A stretch of 64,000 nucleotides of DNA from Chiloscyllium plagiosum (taxonomy: Eukaryota). Numbering within the stretch: the stretch's first letter is position 1; each line of letters opens with the position of its first letter. The DNA is taken from assembly GCF_004010195.1 (NCBI RefSeq), contig NC_057727.1:38343944-38407943 (forward strand), in the 5' to 3' direction. Shown piece by piece: positions 25,001 to 40,000 of the stretch. The notes beneath the pieces are model-generated. The model worked only from the letters and a program-made list of their open reading frames with translations. It was not told the origin of the DNA and did no database searches. Made by a program: the position numbers and the translations under genes.

Positions 25001-28000
25001 AATACCAGTATAATAACAAGAAAAACATAAATTACAATACAACTACTGTCTATTAACTACTAACCTATCCTATAATACCAAACAAAACCAAACACTGTGC
25101 AAAACAACACTGAAAAATAAGTAAGTGATTAATAAAACCAAAAAAAACACAAAAGAACACAAAATAACGATGCTTGGTGTGAAGCTCCCAAACAAAAAAA
25201 GGGAGTGTCATATATATTCCGTTTACTCAGGAGTCCCCTCTTCAGGGCCCAGGGCTCAGCAAACCTAACCATCCTGGTTAAACAAATGCCCTAGTTAAGA
25301 TAGCAGACAAATCTGTGTCTAAATAACTCAGAAAAGGCTACTATGTCTTGTAAAAAAAGATCTGTTGTGTCATGCACCATATTTGTGAAAAAATCCAAGG
25401 GAATGTGCTCCATAGTTAATTTCCGCCATCCCAACAAGCCCAGTGGGTTCTTAGACACCCAATTCATCAGAATATTCTTCTGTGCAGAGTAAGTAAGAAT
25501 ATTAAATAGTTTCTTCCCATGCCTGTCTAAAGATGATAACGTCGGTAAACCTAGAAGGAGAAATATCAGGTCCACTTTAACTTCGGTCCTCAATACCCTC
25601 CCTATCTCTCCCGTCACAACGTTCCAATAAACATGGAGTTTGTGGCATGTCCAGACTCAATGGGTAAAAGTACCTACACACATTTTACATTCGGGGCACA
25701 TTGGATATGCCCCTTTTTTAAACTTCGTCAGGTGCCAGATGAACCCTATTATAAACTGACATCTTTCGCACATTCTCCCATATGTTCTCCCACATTTCAG
25801 AAGAGATCTCCATTCCTAGATCTTGCTCCCAAATCTCACATAACTTGTTAATATCCTGCCAGGCTCCACCATACAGCGGGCGACAAGGCACTAATCGAGA
25901 GGATGCTTGTGGCACATAGCAACAACCTCTCTGTATCAGGCTTATAGGGCTTGGTGAGAAGCGTAGTCTTCTTCTGGATGAAATCCCCAACCTGAAAAAA
26001 AACGGAAAAGACCTCTGCTGGGCAGCCCATATTTGCGGCTCAGTTGCTCAAAAGACATTATAACCTACCCCTCAAATAAGTCTCCCAAACTGGAAACTCC
26101 TCTTGCTGCCCAAAGTTTTAACCCTGGGTCCATCATCCCTGGTCAGAACCCCAGCAGACCAACTATGGAGGTGAGTGGCAAAGGTTTGGATAAGCAACCC
26201 TCACTCTGATGCATCACCCTCCATGCCTTGACCATACTAATAACAATAGGGTTCCAGCAACGGTCCATAACTGTCCTCATCTTATCCATCTTATCCATCT
26301 TAGTTTAAAATTTTACAGAACACATATTTGTTCATATTTGGGAGTGGGAAGGATGCCAAAGGGAAAAGGATTGAGCAAACAGCAGCAGGAAGGACACTTT
26401 CCTGCAGCAGCAGGCATACCACAGACAACAGCAACAGCAGCCTGTCCTGAACCCCCCGGGAACCTGACAGACACACAGGAATTGGCTGCAGCGATGGAGG
26501 GACTTACCTTGCAAGTTGGGGCTATGATTGAGGAGATCCGTGGGGAGATTCGTGCCCAGGTCCAACCTATCACATCCATGCTGCAGAAGCATGAGCAGGA
26601 GATCCAGGGGCTAGGGGAGCGGCTGGAGGAGGTGGAGGGTCAAACTAAGGCCTCGGAAGTTGCGATGGAGTCCTCATCCAGTCGAATCCAGGTGCTGGGC
26701 CTTACTAGACCATACTGACGACATCGAAAATTGAGGTCGGAGGATAAATCTCCGAATTGTCAGGCTCCCTGAAGGTGAGGAAGGTGAGCAACCAGTCAGT
26801 GTCTTTGAAAGCTGGCTGCCGAAGTTTTTGGGCCTTCACGTCGAGTCCAGCAGGCTACAGATGGAAACGGCTTATCGGGTTACAGTGCACAGGTCAGAGC
26901 TAGTGGAGTGCCCCCGCCCGGTTCTAGTGCATTTCCACTCATATAAGGACAAGCAAAAAGTCATAGAAGCTTCTAGATTACTGGAAAATGATCCGCAGGC
27001 ACTGCTGTACAATGGGTCAAAAATCATGTTTTTCCAGGATTTCTCTGCAGCTTCAATTCGAAAGAGGAAGTCCTTCAATGAAGTAAAAAAGAGGCTGAGG
27101 AACCTGGGCATCCAGTACTCCATGAGATACCCCACAGTGTTTCGTTTCAGACACGAGGACTCAGTTTATACATTTGACTCAGCGGATAAAGCTAAAAACT
27201 TTGTCGACATTTTAAAATAGACGGATTGGCCTCAAGAATATGGTTAATGTTTGTTCTCTTTTCTATCTTTCCCCATGTTTTCTCTTCCTTTTTTTAAAAT
27301 TCCTTTCTTTCTCCTGAATAATTTCCTTTTTGGAAAGGGGGAAAAAGACCTTGGAATAAGTTATTCCTTTTTTTTTAATAACTGGATTTTTTGATGGGAA
27401 ATCTTTGGATGTTCTTTGTTGTCTCTCCCCCCCTTTTTTTGTTTGTTCTGTTTCTCTTTTAGTCACAAGTAGGGGTGACATGAAGCCAGGGATGGGTGGT
27501 GTTCTCATTCTGACTTTGTCTTTTTTCTGTTGATTTAAGGATCATCTCCTTGTTTTTTTTTTTCTGGTCTAAGGCTGGGGCACAGTCCAGGTTTGAAGGA
27601 GCTGTGAAGGAGGGGATGGGTAGAGTGAGTGCCCCCTATGACAGGGGAAGAGTCTTCCATTCAAGGTTTTATAGTTGGTTTTCTTTGTAGTTTTTTGGTA
27701 GTAATAGTTGTTTATAGTTATGATAGAGTAGTTTTTGTATATATAGTTCTTCGGCTCTATGAGTCTTTATTTACTTGCGCTCGGAACGTTGTAAGCAGGG
27801 TTTTCTCTCTGAGGAGTTCAAGGGTCTATGAAAGGGGATATGGCTTAGCGAATTATGGTTGCCATTACAAAAGAGAAAGTGCTAGAAAAGCTAAAAGGTC
27901 TTAAAATTGATAAATCTCCTGGCCCCGATAGGCTACATCCTAGTGTTCTGAGGGAGGTGGCTGAGGAAATAGCGGAGTCATTGGTTGAGATCTTTCAAAA

Positions 28001-31000
28001 GTCACTGGAGTCAGGGAAAGTCCCGGATGATTGGAAGATCGCTGTTGTAACTCTCTTGTTCAAGAAAGGATCAAAACAAAAGATGGAAAATTATAGGCCA
28101 ATTAGCCTAACCTCGGTTGTTGGTAAAATTCTAGAATCCATCNNNNNNNNNNNNNNNNNNNNNNNNNNNNNNNNNNNNNNNNNNNNNNNNNNNNNNNNNN
28201 NNNNNNNNNNNNNNNNNNNNNNNNNNNNNNNNNNNNNNNNNNNNNNNNNNNNNNNNNNNNNNNNNNNNNNNNNNNNNNNNNNNNNNNNNNNNNNNNNNNN
28301 NNNNNNNNNNNNNNNNNNNNNNNNNNNNGAAGTTTGCCGATGATACGAAGTTAGGTGGACAGGTAGGTAGTACTGAGGAAGTGGGGAGGCTGCAGAAGGA
28401 TCTAGACAGTTTGGGAGAGTGGTCCAGGAAATGGCTGATGGAATTCAATGTGAGTAAATGCGAGGTCTTGCACTTTGGAAAAAAGAATACAAGCATGGAC
28501 TACTTTCTAAACGGTGAGAAAATTCATAAAGCCAAAGTACAAAGAGATCTGGGAGTGCTAGTTGAGGATTCTCGAAAGGTAAACGTGCAGGTTGAGTCCG
28601 TGATTAAGAAAGCAAATGCAATATTGTCATTTATCTCAAGAGTGTTGGAATATAAAAGCACCGTTGTGCTACTGAGACTTTATAAAGCTCTGGTTAGGCT
28701 CCATTTGGAGTAAAGTGTCCAGTTTTGGTCCCCACACCTCAGGAAGGACATACTGGCACTGGAGCGTGTCCAACGGAGATTCACAAGGATGATCCCTGGA
28801 ATGGTAGGTCTAACATATGAGGAACGGCTGAGGATCCTGGGATTGTATTCATTGGAGTTTAGAAGATTAAGGGGAGATCTATTAGAAACTTACAAGATAA
28901 TACATGGCTTGGAAAGAGTGGACGCTAGGAAATTGTTTCCGTTAGGCGAGGAGACTAGGACCCGTGAACACAGCCTTAGAATTAGAGGGGGCAAATTCAG
29001 AACAGAAATGCGGAGACATTTTTTCAGCCAGAGAAGTGGTGGGCCTGTGGAATTCATTGCCACAGAGTGCAATGGAGGCTGGGACGCTAAATGTCTTCAA
29101 GGCAGGGATTGATAAATTCTTGATGTCACAAGGAATTAAGGGCTACAGGGAGAATGCAGGTAAGTGGAGTTGAAATGCCCATCAGCCATGATTGAATGGC
29201 GGAGTGGACTCGATGGGCCAAATGGTCTTACTTCCACTCCTATGTCTTATGGTCTTATTATTAAATGGTGCACCTGGAACATTAAGGGAAGTCTGTTAAA
29301 AGGGAAAAAGTGCTTTCTAGTCTTGAGAGGACAAGGGTTGATATCGCTTTGTTGCAGAAACCCATCTTGATGATGTGAATACCTGAAATTACAACAGGGG
29401 GGTTATGACCAAGTATGCTTTCCATTCTTTACTACTAAAAGTAGGGGAGTGACGGTACTTATTCAGAAAAATCTTCTGTTCACATTATTAGAGGTGAAAG
29501 ATGAGCAGGGAAGGTTTATGATACTTAAAGCCCTGATACATGGGGAGGTTATGGCATTTTAAATGTCTACTATCCTCTTGCGCATCCCCTCAAACATTTG
29601 ATTAGTGCATTCTCTAAGTTGAGTGCTTTTGGAACATTACACATTATTATAGGGGGGCGTATTTTAATTGTCTTTTGGATCCGACAATGGACAGGATGCC
29701 TTGTGGGCCCCCAATTATTTCTTCGCAGGCCAAGCAGGTAGTTGACTTATGCGAGGAGTTGGGGCTGGTGGATATTTGGAGATGTCTTCACCCTACTGGC
29801 AGGGACTTCACCTTTTTTTTCAAACCCACATAAATGTCACACAAGGATTGACCTCTTTCTGGCTCCGTCGGCCCTTCTGGATTCGATTATGGGTTGTAAA
29901 ATTGGGAATGTAGCTATCTCTGATCACATGTTGGTTTATTTGGAGGTTAAGGCCAAGAGTGAAGGGCTAGGTTTGTGGCACTGGCGTTTGGACCCTTTTC
30001 TCCTTAAGGATTCCAAATTCTTTTTGAAGGAGTTTCAGGAATTCTTGACTATCAACTCAGGCACGGCTAGTAGTCCGTCTATGCTATGGAAGACTGCTAA
30101 GGCCTTTGCTAGCGAATTAGCTATTTCGTATTCAGCTAGCCAGAAACGACAGAAGGAGGAACAGCAGCGTCTACTTGAGACGCAGTTGAAAGCCACTGAG
30201 GCGGCACATTTTACATGGCCTTCAGTGACTAAGCTACAGCGGATCACGGCTCTCCGTGCTGCCTTGAATTCAATACTGACACAAAACGCAAAGAAAGAAC
30301 TTGCTTTTGTGAGACAAAGGCTCTTCGAATATGGGATAGGCCAGGGAAGTATTTAGCATACCTCACTAGGAAAAAGCGTGCTCCCCAATCCATTATTGCA
30401 ATCAGAGACAGCACCGGGGTCCTTACATACGATGCTAAAAAGATTAATGAGGCTTTTCGGAGCTTTTACCCTGAATTGTATTGGTCTGAAGGTTGCGAAG
30501 TCAGGAGAGCTAAAATGGAGACTTTTTTTAAGAACCTGGATCTCTCAGGAGTAACGTTGGAACAGGCCTCTCTCCTTAATGCCCCCTTGACAGTTCAGGA
30601 AATACAGGAAGCAGCTGGGCAACGTCAGAGTGGGAAAGCAGCCTAGCCCTGACGATCTTCTAGGTGAGTTTTATAAGGAGTTTATAGGGATTCTGTCAGG
30701 GCCAATGTTGGAGATGTACAATCACTCATATATGCATGAATGCCTACCACTATCTTTGAGAGAAGCTAATATTTCCTTAATTCTTAAGAAGGGAAAGGTT
30801 CCTGAGGATTGTGCCTCATACAGGCCCATTTCTCTATTAAATTCAGATTTCAAGATTCTGTCCAAGATCCTGGCGCTGAGATTGGAAAAGGTGTTGTCCC
30901 ATATTGTTAAAGAGGACCAGACAGGCTTTATAAGGGGGCCGTAGGTCCTCTAATAATATTAGAAGGTTGCTGAATGTGGTCCAAGTTTGTCAGCAACAAT

Positions 31001-34000
31001 CAATTCAGGGGTTGGTGATTTCCTTAGATGCAGAGAAAGCATTTGACGCGGTGGAATGGCCTTATCTTTTTTATGTCTTAGAACAGTTTGGGTTGGGTGG
31101 GGTCTTTGCTAGGTGGGTGGAGGTTTTATATCGCCACTCTCTGGCCGCAGTCATCACCACCAACGGGGTGAAGTCTGGGAAGTTTAGGATTGGTAGGGGT
31201 AGTCGGCAAGGCTGCCTCCTCTCACCATTGTTGTTTACGTTGGTGATAGAGCCGCTGGCAGAGGCCATTCATCAGAACATTCACATTACCACTCCAGAAG
31301 TGGGATCAAGGGCACACAAGATTACACTGTATGCAGATGATTTCCTTCTGTTTTTATCGAACCCGATGACCTCAGTACCCCATTTGATACAATGTTTGGG
31401 ACTATTTCAGGATATAAGATCAACTTTGCAAAATTGGAGGCTATGCCTTTGGGGAACCTTAAGGATGTGCCAGAAGTTGAAGATGGCCTTAAGTTCCCTT
31501 TTAAGTGGTCACAGGCAGGGTTCCAATACCTAGGCATTTTTATTACCCCCAAGTTTGATCTGTTATTTTGGACTAACTTTGCTCACTTGCTCGACAATAT
31601 TAGATGAGATCTCCAGAGATGGGAGGCTCTTCCAATCTCATGGCTGGGCCGAATATCTCTCGTTAAGATAAATGTTCTTCCTCGTTTGCTTTATCCCATG
31701 CGTATGCTCCCTATGTTTCCCAGCTCAACGCTGCAAAAGCTTATGGGATGGTTTGGTTCCTTTGTCTGGCATTGTGGGCGGCCCCTTATCAAACTTACTA
31801 AATTGCAGTTGCCTCGAGGGGGAGGAGTTGATTTCCCAGACATCAGGAGGTATCAACTGAGTTCCCTGCTGTCCTTTGTCTGTGATTGGGTAGGAAACGA
31901 TCCAAACTCAATATGGCTGGATATTGAGGCCTCCCAGGCAAAGTGCCCTCTTATTAACCTGTTGTTCATGGATAAGATGAGGACAGTTATGGGCCACTGC
32001 CAGAATCCCATTGTCATTAGTACAGTCAAGGCACGGAGGGCGATGTGACAGCGTGAGGGTTTTTATCCAAGACTTTGCCACTTACACCTATAGTTGGCAT
32101 GCCAGGGTTCCGACCAGGGGTGATGGACTCAGGGTTCAAACTATGGGCAGCGAGAGGAGTTTCTAGTTTGGGAGACTTGTTTGAGGGGAAGGTTATGATG
32201 TCTTTTGAGTAACTGAACTGCAAATACGGGTGACCCAGCAGAGACCTTTTCTGTTTTTTTAAGGTTAGGGATTTCATCCAGAAGAAGACTACGATTCTCA
32301 CTAAGCCTTATAAGCCCGATACACAAGCACCCTCTCGGTTAGTGCCTCTCTATCGCCTGCTGGGTGTCAGGGCCTGGCAGGATATTAACCCGTTATGTGA
32401 GGTCTGGGAGCAAGAGCTAGGAGTGGAGATCTCTTCTGAAGCATGGAAAACATACGGGAGAGTGCTCGAAAGATCTCAAGCTGTAATAGGACATGCACTA
32501 CGCAGTTAAAAGTTCCGCACAGGCCTCATCAGGCACCAGACCGTCTGGCAAAGTTTAAACAAGGGGCATCTTCAGTGTGCCCCAAATGTAAAATAAGTGT
32601 AGGTACTCTTACTCATTGCTTCTGGACATGCCACAGGCTCCGTGTTTATTGGAGCGCTGTGGCGAGAGAGATAGGGAGGGTATTGAGGACTGAAGTCAAA
32701 GTAGACCCGATATCTCTCCTCTTATGTCTACCGAATTTACCATCTTTAGACAGGCATGGGAAGAAACTATTTAATACTCATGCATACTGTGCACGGAAGA
32801 ATATTCTGATGAATTGGGTGTCTGAGAACCCACTGGGCTTGCTGGGATGGCAGAAATTAACTATGGAGCACATTCCCTTGGACTTTTTACAAACATGGTG
32901 CACCAACAACAGACCATTTTTATAAGACATGGCAGCCCTACTTGAGTTATTTGGATGTAGATTTGTCAGTTATCTTAACTAGGGTATTTGTTTAACCAGG
33001 ATGGTTAGGTTTGTCAAGCCCTGGGCCCTGGAGGGGGTCTCCTGAGTTAATATGGGTATATACACAATGCTCCCGTTCCTTTGTTTGGGAGCTTTGCGCC
33101 GAGCATAGCTGTTCTGTATTTTGTTTAGTTTTGGGGTTTTTTTTGCTTTGTTTTATTTATTAGTTATTTACTTATTTATTAGTTTGCTTTGCACAGTGTT
33201 AGGGTTTGTTTTGTATTATAGGGTAAGTTAATAGTTAGTAGACAGTAGTTGTATTGTAATTTGCAGGGTTTTTTCTTTTTATTATACTGATATTTGTTAC
33301 TCATTGTATTTTTCAATAATTTTATATGTTTGTAAAGTGAGAAAATTTGCTAATAAATATATTTACAAAGAAAAAGGCTATTTGGCCCAACAACTAAATT
33401 GGAAGAGCCTCCCATTTCTGGAGATCCCGCCTAATATTGTCGAGCAGGTGAGCAAAGTGAATCCGGAATAACCGATTGAACATGGGGGTAATAACAATAC
33501 CTAGGTATCGGAAACCCGCCCGTGACCACTTAAAGGGGAACCTAGGGCTACCTTCAACCTCTGGCACTTCCTTGAAGTCCCCCAAGGCATAGCCTCCGAG
33601 TTTGCAAAGTTTATCTTATATCCTGAAATAGCCCCAGATGAATTAATACATTGTATCAAATGGGCTACAGAGATAATTGTGTCTGATAAAAACAGTAGGA
33701 CATCATCAACATACTGTATAATCGTGTGTGCCCTCGATCCCACTTCCGGAGTGGTTATGTGGATGTTCTGATGAATGGCCTCTGCCAGCGGTTCTATCAC
33801 CAACGTAAACAACAATGGTGAAAGGGGGCAGTCTTGACGACTACGCCTACCAATCATAAAGTTCCCAGACTTCACTCCATTGGTGATGACTGCGGCCAGA
33901 TGTGGTGATATAAAACCTCCACCCACCTAGCAAAGACCCCACTCAACCCAAAGTCTCTAAGACATAAAAAAGATACGGCCATTCCACTGGGTCCAATGCT

Positions 34001-37000
34001 TTCTCTGCATCTAAGGAAATCACCAACCCCTGGATCAATCGTTGCTGACAAACTTGGACCATATTCAGCAACCTTCAATTATTATTAGAGGATCTATAGC
34101 CCCTTATAAAATCTGTCTAGTCATCTTTGACAATATGGGGCAACACCTTTTCCAAACTCAGCACCAAAATCTTAGATAGAATCTAAAACTCTGAGTATAA
34201 TAGAGAGATGGGTCTGTCTGGGGCACAATCCTCAGGAACCTTCCCCTTCTTAAGATTGAGGGAAATATTTTCTCAAAGACATTGGTAGGCATTCATACAT
34301 ATAGGAGTGATTGTACATCTCCAACATCGACCCTGACAGAATTCCTATAAACTCCTGATAAATCTCACCCGGGAGACCATCAGGGCCAGGCTGCTTTCCC
34401 ACTCTGAAGTTGCCTAGCTGCCTCCTGTATTTCCTGAACTGTCAAGGGGGCATTAAGTAGAGAGGCCAATTTCAAGGTTACTCCCGGGTGGTTCAGGCTT
34501 GTAAAAAAGGCTTCCATCTTGGCCGTCCTATCCTCGCAACCTTCAGACTGATACAATTCAGAGTAAAAACTCCAAAAAGCCTCATTAATCATTTTGGCAT
34601 CGTGTGTAAAGACCCCAGCGCTGTCTCTAACTGTAGTAATGGATTGGGGTGCATGTTTTTTCCTAGTCAGATACGCTAAATACTTCCCTGGCCTATCCCC
34701 ATACTCAAGTTCTTTCTTTGTGTTTTGCGTCAGTATTGAATCCAAGGCAGCCCAGAGGGCCGTAATCCACTGTAGTTTGGTCACCGAAGGCCTTGCAATA
34801 TGTGCCACCTCAGCAGCTTTCAGCCGCGTTTCAAGTAGCCGCTGCTGCTCCCCGTTCTGTTGTTTCCAACTAGCCGAATAGGAAATAGCTAATCCCATAG
34901 CAGAGGCCTTAGCAGTCTCCCATAGCATAGATGGACTATTAGCCGTGCCTGAGTTGATAGTCAAAAACTCCTGAAACTCAAAATATATTCCACAAATTTG
35001 GAATCCTTAAGGAGAAAAGAATCCAGATGCAAATGCTGCAAACTTAGCCCCTCACTCTTGGCCTTAACCTCCAAATATACTGTCAAATATACATAGATAG
35101 CTATGTTCCCAATTTTACAACCTGTAATCAAATCCAGAAGGGTTAAGGGAGCCAAAAAAAATCAATCCTGCTGTGACATTTATGAGCGTTTGTAAAAAAA
35201 AGGTGAAGTCCCTGCCAGTAGGGTGAAGACATCGCCAATATCCACCAGCTCCAACTCCTCACATAAGTCAATCACCTGTTGGCCTGTGAAGAGATAGTCA
35301 GGGGCCTACAAGTCATCCTGTTTACTGTCTGATCCAAAAGGCAATTGAAATACACCCCTATAATAATGTGTTCTAAAGGCACTCAACTTAGAAAAAGCAA
35401 ATCAAAATCAAAATCAAAAATTTGAGGGGATGCGCTGGAGGACAATAAACATTTAAAATGCCATTCACCTCCCCATGTATCAGGCCCTTACGTATCACAA
35501 AATGCCCTTGCTCATCTTTCACCTGTTCTAATAATGTGTACAAAGATTTTTCTGGATAAGTACAGTGACAGCCCTACTTTTAGTAAAGATTGAAAAGAAT
35601 ACCCAATCATGACCACCCCCCAGCCCCCATCCCCCCACACCCGTTATGGCTTCAGGTTTTCCCCATTGACAAGATGGGTTTTCTGCAACAGGGCAATATT
35701 AACTCTTTCCCTGTTAAGGCTAGAAAGCACTTTTCTTTCCTCTTAAAAGGCAAATGACTTCCCTTAATGTTCCAGGTGCACCATTTAACAAGACACTTAG
35801 CCATATCCCCTTTCAGAGACACTCAAAGCCCCGGGAGAGAGAATCCTGCCTGCAATGCACCAAGCACAAGTAAATGAAGACTCATAGAGTCACAGAATTG
35901 TGTCTACAAAAACCACTCTATCATAATTACAAACATCTATTGCTACCAAAAACCTACAAAGAAAACCAACTATTAAACCTTGAATGGGAGACTCTCCCCC
36001 TGACTGATTTGGAGCACTCACCCTACCCATCCCCTCCTGCACAGCTCCTTCAGGCCCGGACTTAGGCAAGGAGGTGATCCTTAAGTCAACAAAAGAAGAC
36101 AAAGTCAGGATAAGCACTCTGCCCATCCCCGGCTCCATGTCACCCCTCCTTGTGACTAAATGAAAAAACGAACAAAAAAAAGGGAAAACAATAAAGGGCA
36201 CCCACAAAATTTCCCATGATAAAATCCAGTTATAAAAATATAATAGAAACAACATACTCCAATTTTTTTTTGTTTTTCTTATATTATTAGGTAAAGAGAA
36301 AAAAGGTAAAAAGGGAAAATACAGGGAAAGAAGGAAGAGAAGACGAAGATTAAATCCGTCTATTTTAAAGTGTCTACAAAGTTCTTGCTTTATCCACTGA
36401 GTCAAATGTATAAACTGCGTCCTCATGGCTGAAATGGAGCACAGCTGGGTACCTTATGGAGTACTGGATGCCCAGGTTCCTCAGCCTCATTTTAACTTTA
36501 TTGAAGGACTTCTTCGTTCGAATTACAGCAGCCGAGAAATCCTGGAAAAACGTGATCTTTGACCCTTGTGCAGCAGTGCAGTGGGTCTTTTCCCAGTGAT
36601 CTGGAGGCTTCTATCACTTTTTGCTTGTCCCTGTATGTGAGGAAGTGCACTAGGACCAGGCAGGAGAGTTGTACCAGCCCAGACTTGTGCACTCCAATCC
36701 GATAGGCCCTTTCAATCTGCAGCCCTCCAAACTCAATTTGAAAGCTCAGGAACTGCGGCAGCCAGTTTTCTAAGAAGCTGACTGGCTGCCCACATTCTTC
36801 ACCCTCTGGGAGCCTGACAATGCGAAGATTCGTCCTCCGACCTCGATTTTCGAGGTTATTGATCTGGTCTCGTAAGGCCCACACTTGCTGCTCCAGAACC
36901 TGGATCCGACCAGAAGAAGACTTGATTGCTGCTTCCGAGGCTGTGGTTTGACCCTTCACCTCCTCCAGCTACTCCCAGAGGACTTGGAGCTCCCGTTTAT

Positions 37001-40000
37001 GCTTTTGCAGCATGGTCACAATGGGTTGGACCTGGGCACGGATCTCCTCAATCGCAACCTCAACCTTCACAGTAGGTCTCGCCATCCCATCGCCAATTCC
37101 TGTGAGTCTGTCAGGCTGCTGCAGCCTATAGCATACCCGGTGCTGCCAGGGAGTGTCCTTCCTGCTGTTGTTTGCTCGCTCCTTTTCCCTTTAGCATCTT
37201 TCCCACTCCAAATTATCAACGAATAAGCGTTCTTCAAGTTCTTATATTAACAATTCCTATATATAAGTTGGCCAGGGATGGCCAGGAGCAGGAATAAGGC
37301 TTATGCTACTATTAGCCTGTTATGCCATTCAATAAGATTATGCATGATCTTCTTCCTCAAGTTCACTTTTTCATTTCATCCTGATGTCATTTTGAATCCA
37401 AACCTCTGTTGGTCTATCAATGGGAGTATGTAATGGTAGCTATAAAAATAATCTTAAACTACTTTTCATCACACAGTGAGAGAGAACAAAAATACTTTAT
37501 TGTGTCATTTTAAACAGTCACTACAAGCATTGTAGGCTGCAATCCCTGAATCTTAGAATGATGTGTCTTTACTTGGAAAAAGTTATGACAAAATCAGTAA
37601 AAAGGAACATTTGGTGCATCAAAATGGTAGTGTGCTCAATGAACTATCTTCATTCAAATAAACCTCACATATTTTTGTATGTCTTTTAAAGTATTTACAC
37701 CAAGATTGCAGAAAAAAAGAGTTTTCACGTACAGGTTAACGACATTAAGGCAACTCTGTAATGCAGGGAAGGGGAAAAATTCAGCCCTCATGCTTTTGAA
37801 TTAAGTAGCAAATCCACCATGCTGTGAATCTTTAAAACCGCACAACACAATGTGGATGTGGAAATATTGTAGAATTCATTTGAACAATTAGAATAGAATG
37901 TGGAAGTTATTGCTCGGCCATGACGGTCTAGTAAAGACTCGTACACCTGTAAGCAACTTACCTGTAAACAGATGGATAACAAAACGGAGCGTTGTCATTA
38001 ATCGGAAGGATGGTGGCTCTGACAGGAATATCTGCGCACATCTTGTTCTTGTCACATGCTTTAACAGAGAATGTTTGAACTGATTGAAATCTATATGAGT
38101 CTCTATCCATTTGGGATAAAATCATAACACTTCCAGTATCTGAAAAGTAAGCAAAGTTGAAACTTTGGTTTCTTTTGACAACCATGACAAATGTAATCAG
38201 TGAGATACCAACACCTCCTGGATTACTACCAGGCAAGTAAAGGACAGAATGTAAACAAGTTCTCTGTCCAGTTAAAACACAATGACTTATAACAGGGTTG
38301 ATGTAACTGATTTTATTCACATTCCAAAATTTGTTACTTGCTGATTGAAAATTGCCTTTTTCAAAGTTGCTACTGACTACCACAGAATTCCTGCTGTGCA
38401 AAAAGAAGCCATTCAGCCCATCAAGTCTGCACCAAACCCCTAACAGCATCCCAACTAGACCCGACCTCCTAGCCTATCCCCAATATCCCCCTGCTTACCA
38501 CAACCAATCCACCTAGCCTTCACATCCCTGGAAACTATGGGTTAATTTAGCATGGTCAAACCAGCCTCAGGTGACTGTGTGGAGTTTGCATATTCTCCCC
38601 GCATGTGTATGAGTTTCCTCCGGGTGCTTTGGTTTCCTCCCACAGTCCAAAGATGTGTAGGCTAGGTGGGAAATGCAGAGTTACAGGGATGGAGTTGGCT
38701 GTGGGTGGGATGCTCTGTGGAAGGTTGGTGTGTATTTGATGGGACAAATGGCCTACTTCCACACTATTAGGTTTCTATTCTATGAGTCTATGACACTGTG
38801 CAAATAGGGACATGCAACTAACTCATGGATTGGACGGGTAGCATCTCTGGGATACATTATCCTTACTCACTCTGACCTATCTGGATTCTCACAGTATCCT
38901 AGTCTTGCATTGCTTTGCCTTGTCTCTTTGTACTTTGGCCCCTCAGCCAGAGACACCAGGCTCATAGTAATGTGATCTTGCTGTTTAGTGCAGATGCAGA
39001 GCCAGGAAGGTCACAGTTGTCAGCAGGCCTGAGTCAAGTCAAGACTTCACTTAGGAGATCCCAGCACAGTTGGTTATGGGCAGTGTCTGATTACCAGTCC
39101 AGCATGGACACAGTCAGTCAGCCACTTGGGGTGGACTGAGTCAGAACACTCTCCACATAAAGGGTGAGGAGCCAAGTATCAGGTAGCCTACAACCCATCT
39201 GGATACATTTTGTCCTACTGTAAGCTGTTTGACTCTTGGAATGAGAGGCAGGTATTACCGGAGATGAAAGTGAATGACACAGCTGTTACTAATGGTGCAG
39301 GACAAGAGGTGCCCTGAGCAAATGAAGGCATATAAAGTTAGTGGTATCAGGGCATGGGGTGAGAGTGAGTGGGGAACATGTTGCCTGCAATACTGAGAGT
39401 GGTAGAGCATGAGCCTTGGTGGGAGGTGGGGACAGTAACAGAGACTGTGTAAGAGTGAAATATCAGAGAGAAAATGGTGATACTTACATGGGTGGGATGG
39501 AGAGGGGTCATTCTGCTACAGTTATGGGCATTGCTGCAGTCAGCTACACTGATTCCAGTGGCAATGTCAGACAAGGCTGCTGTGGTACGTTGCCATGGCT
39601 TCATCTGCTGCCCTCAGAGAAGAGGATGTCCCATGTTTGCAACCCTAGGTCTACCAGATTCCTGCCCACAAAGCGGGCACCAAACTGTCCTTGTCTGTCA
39701 TGCCTGATGCAAATGTCAGGAATTATGCCAGTCAGCTCCTGGATAATGCTGCTTGTACAGGTATACAAAAGTAATTTTAAAGATGATGCCAGTGATAAGG
39801 ATGCCAGTCAATTCCAGATATTCTGACAGCAGTGTGTTGTTCCAGTGCATAGTAAGATGCTGCTAGAATTGGACTAGACAATGGCATTAGGGGTGAGGCA
39901 GGTAATTAATGAGAAGATACACTGAATTAAACACTGGATGGGCACTTGAGTGACCAGCAGCAGGACTTCCCCAGGATTACACTTACCTGAGGCATCAATC

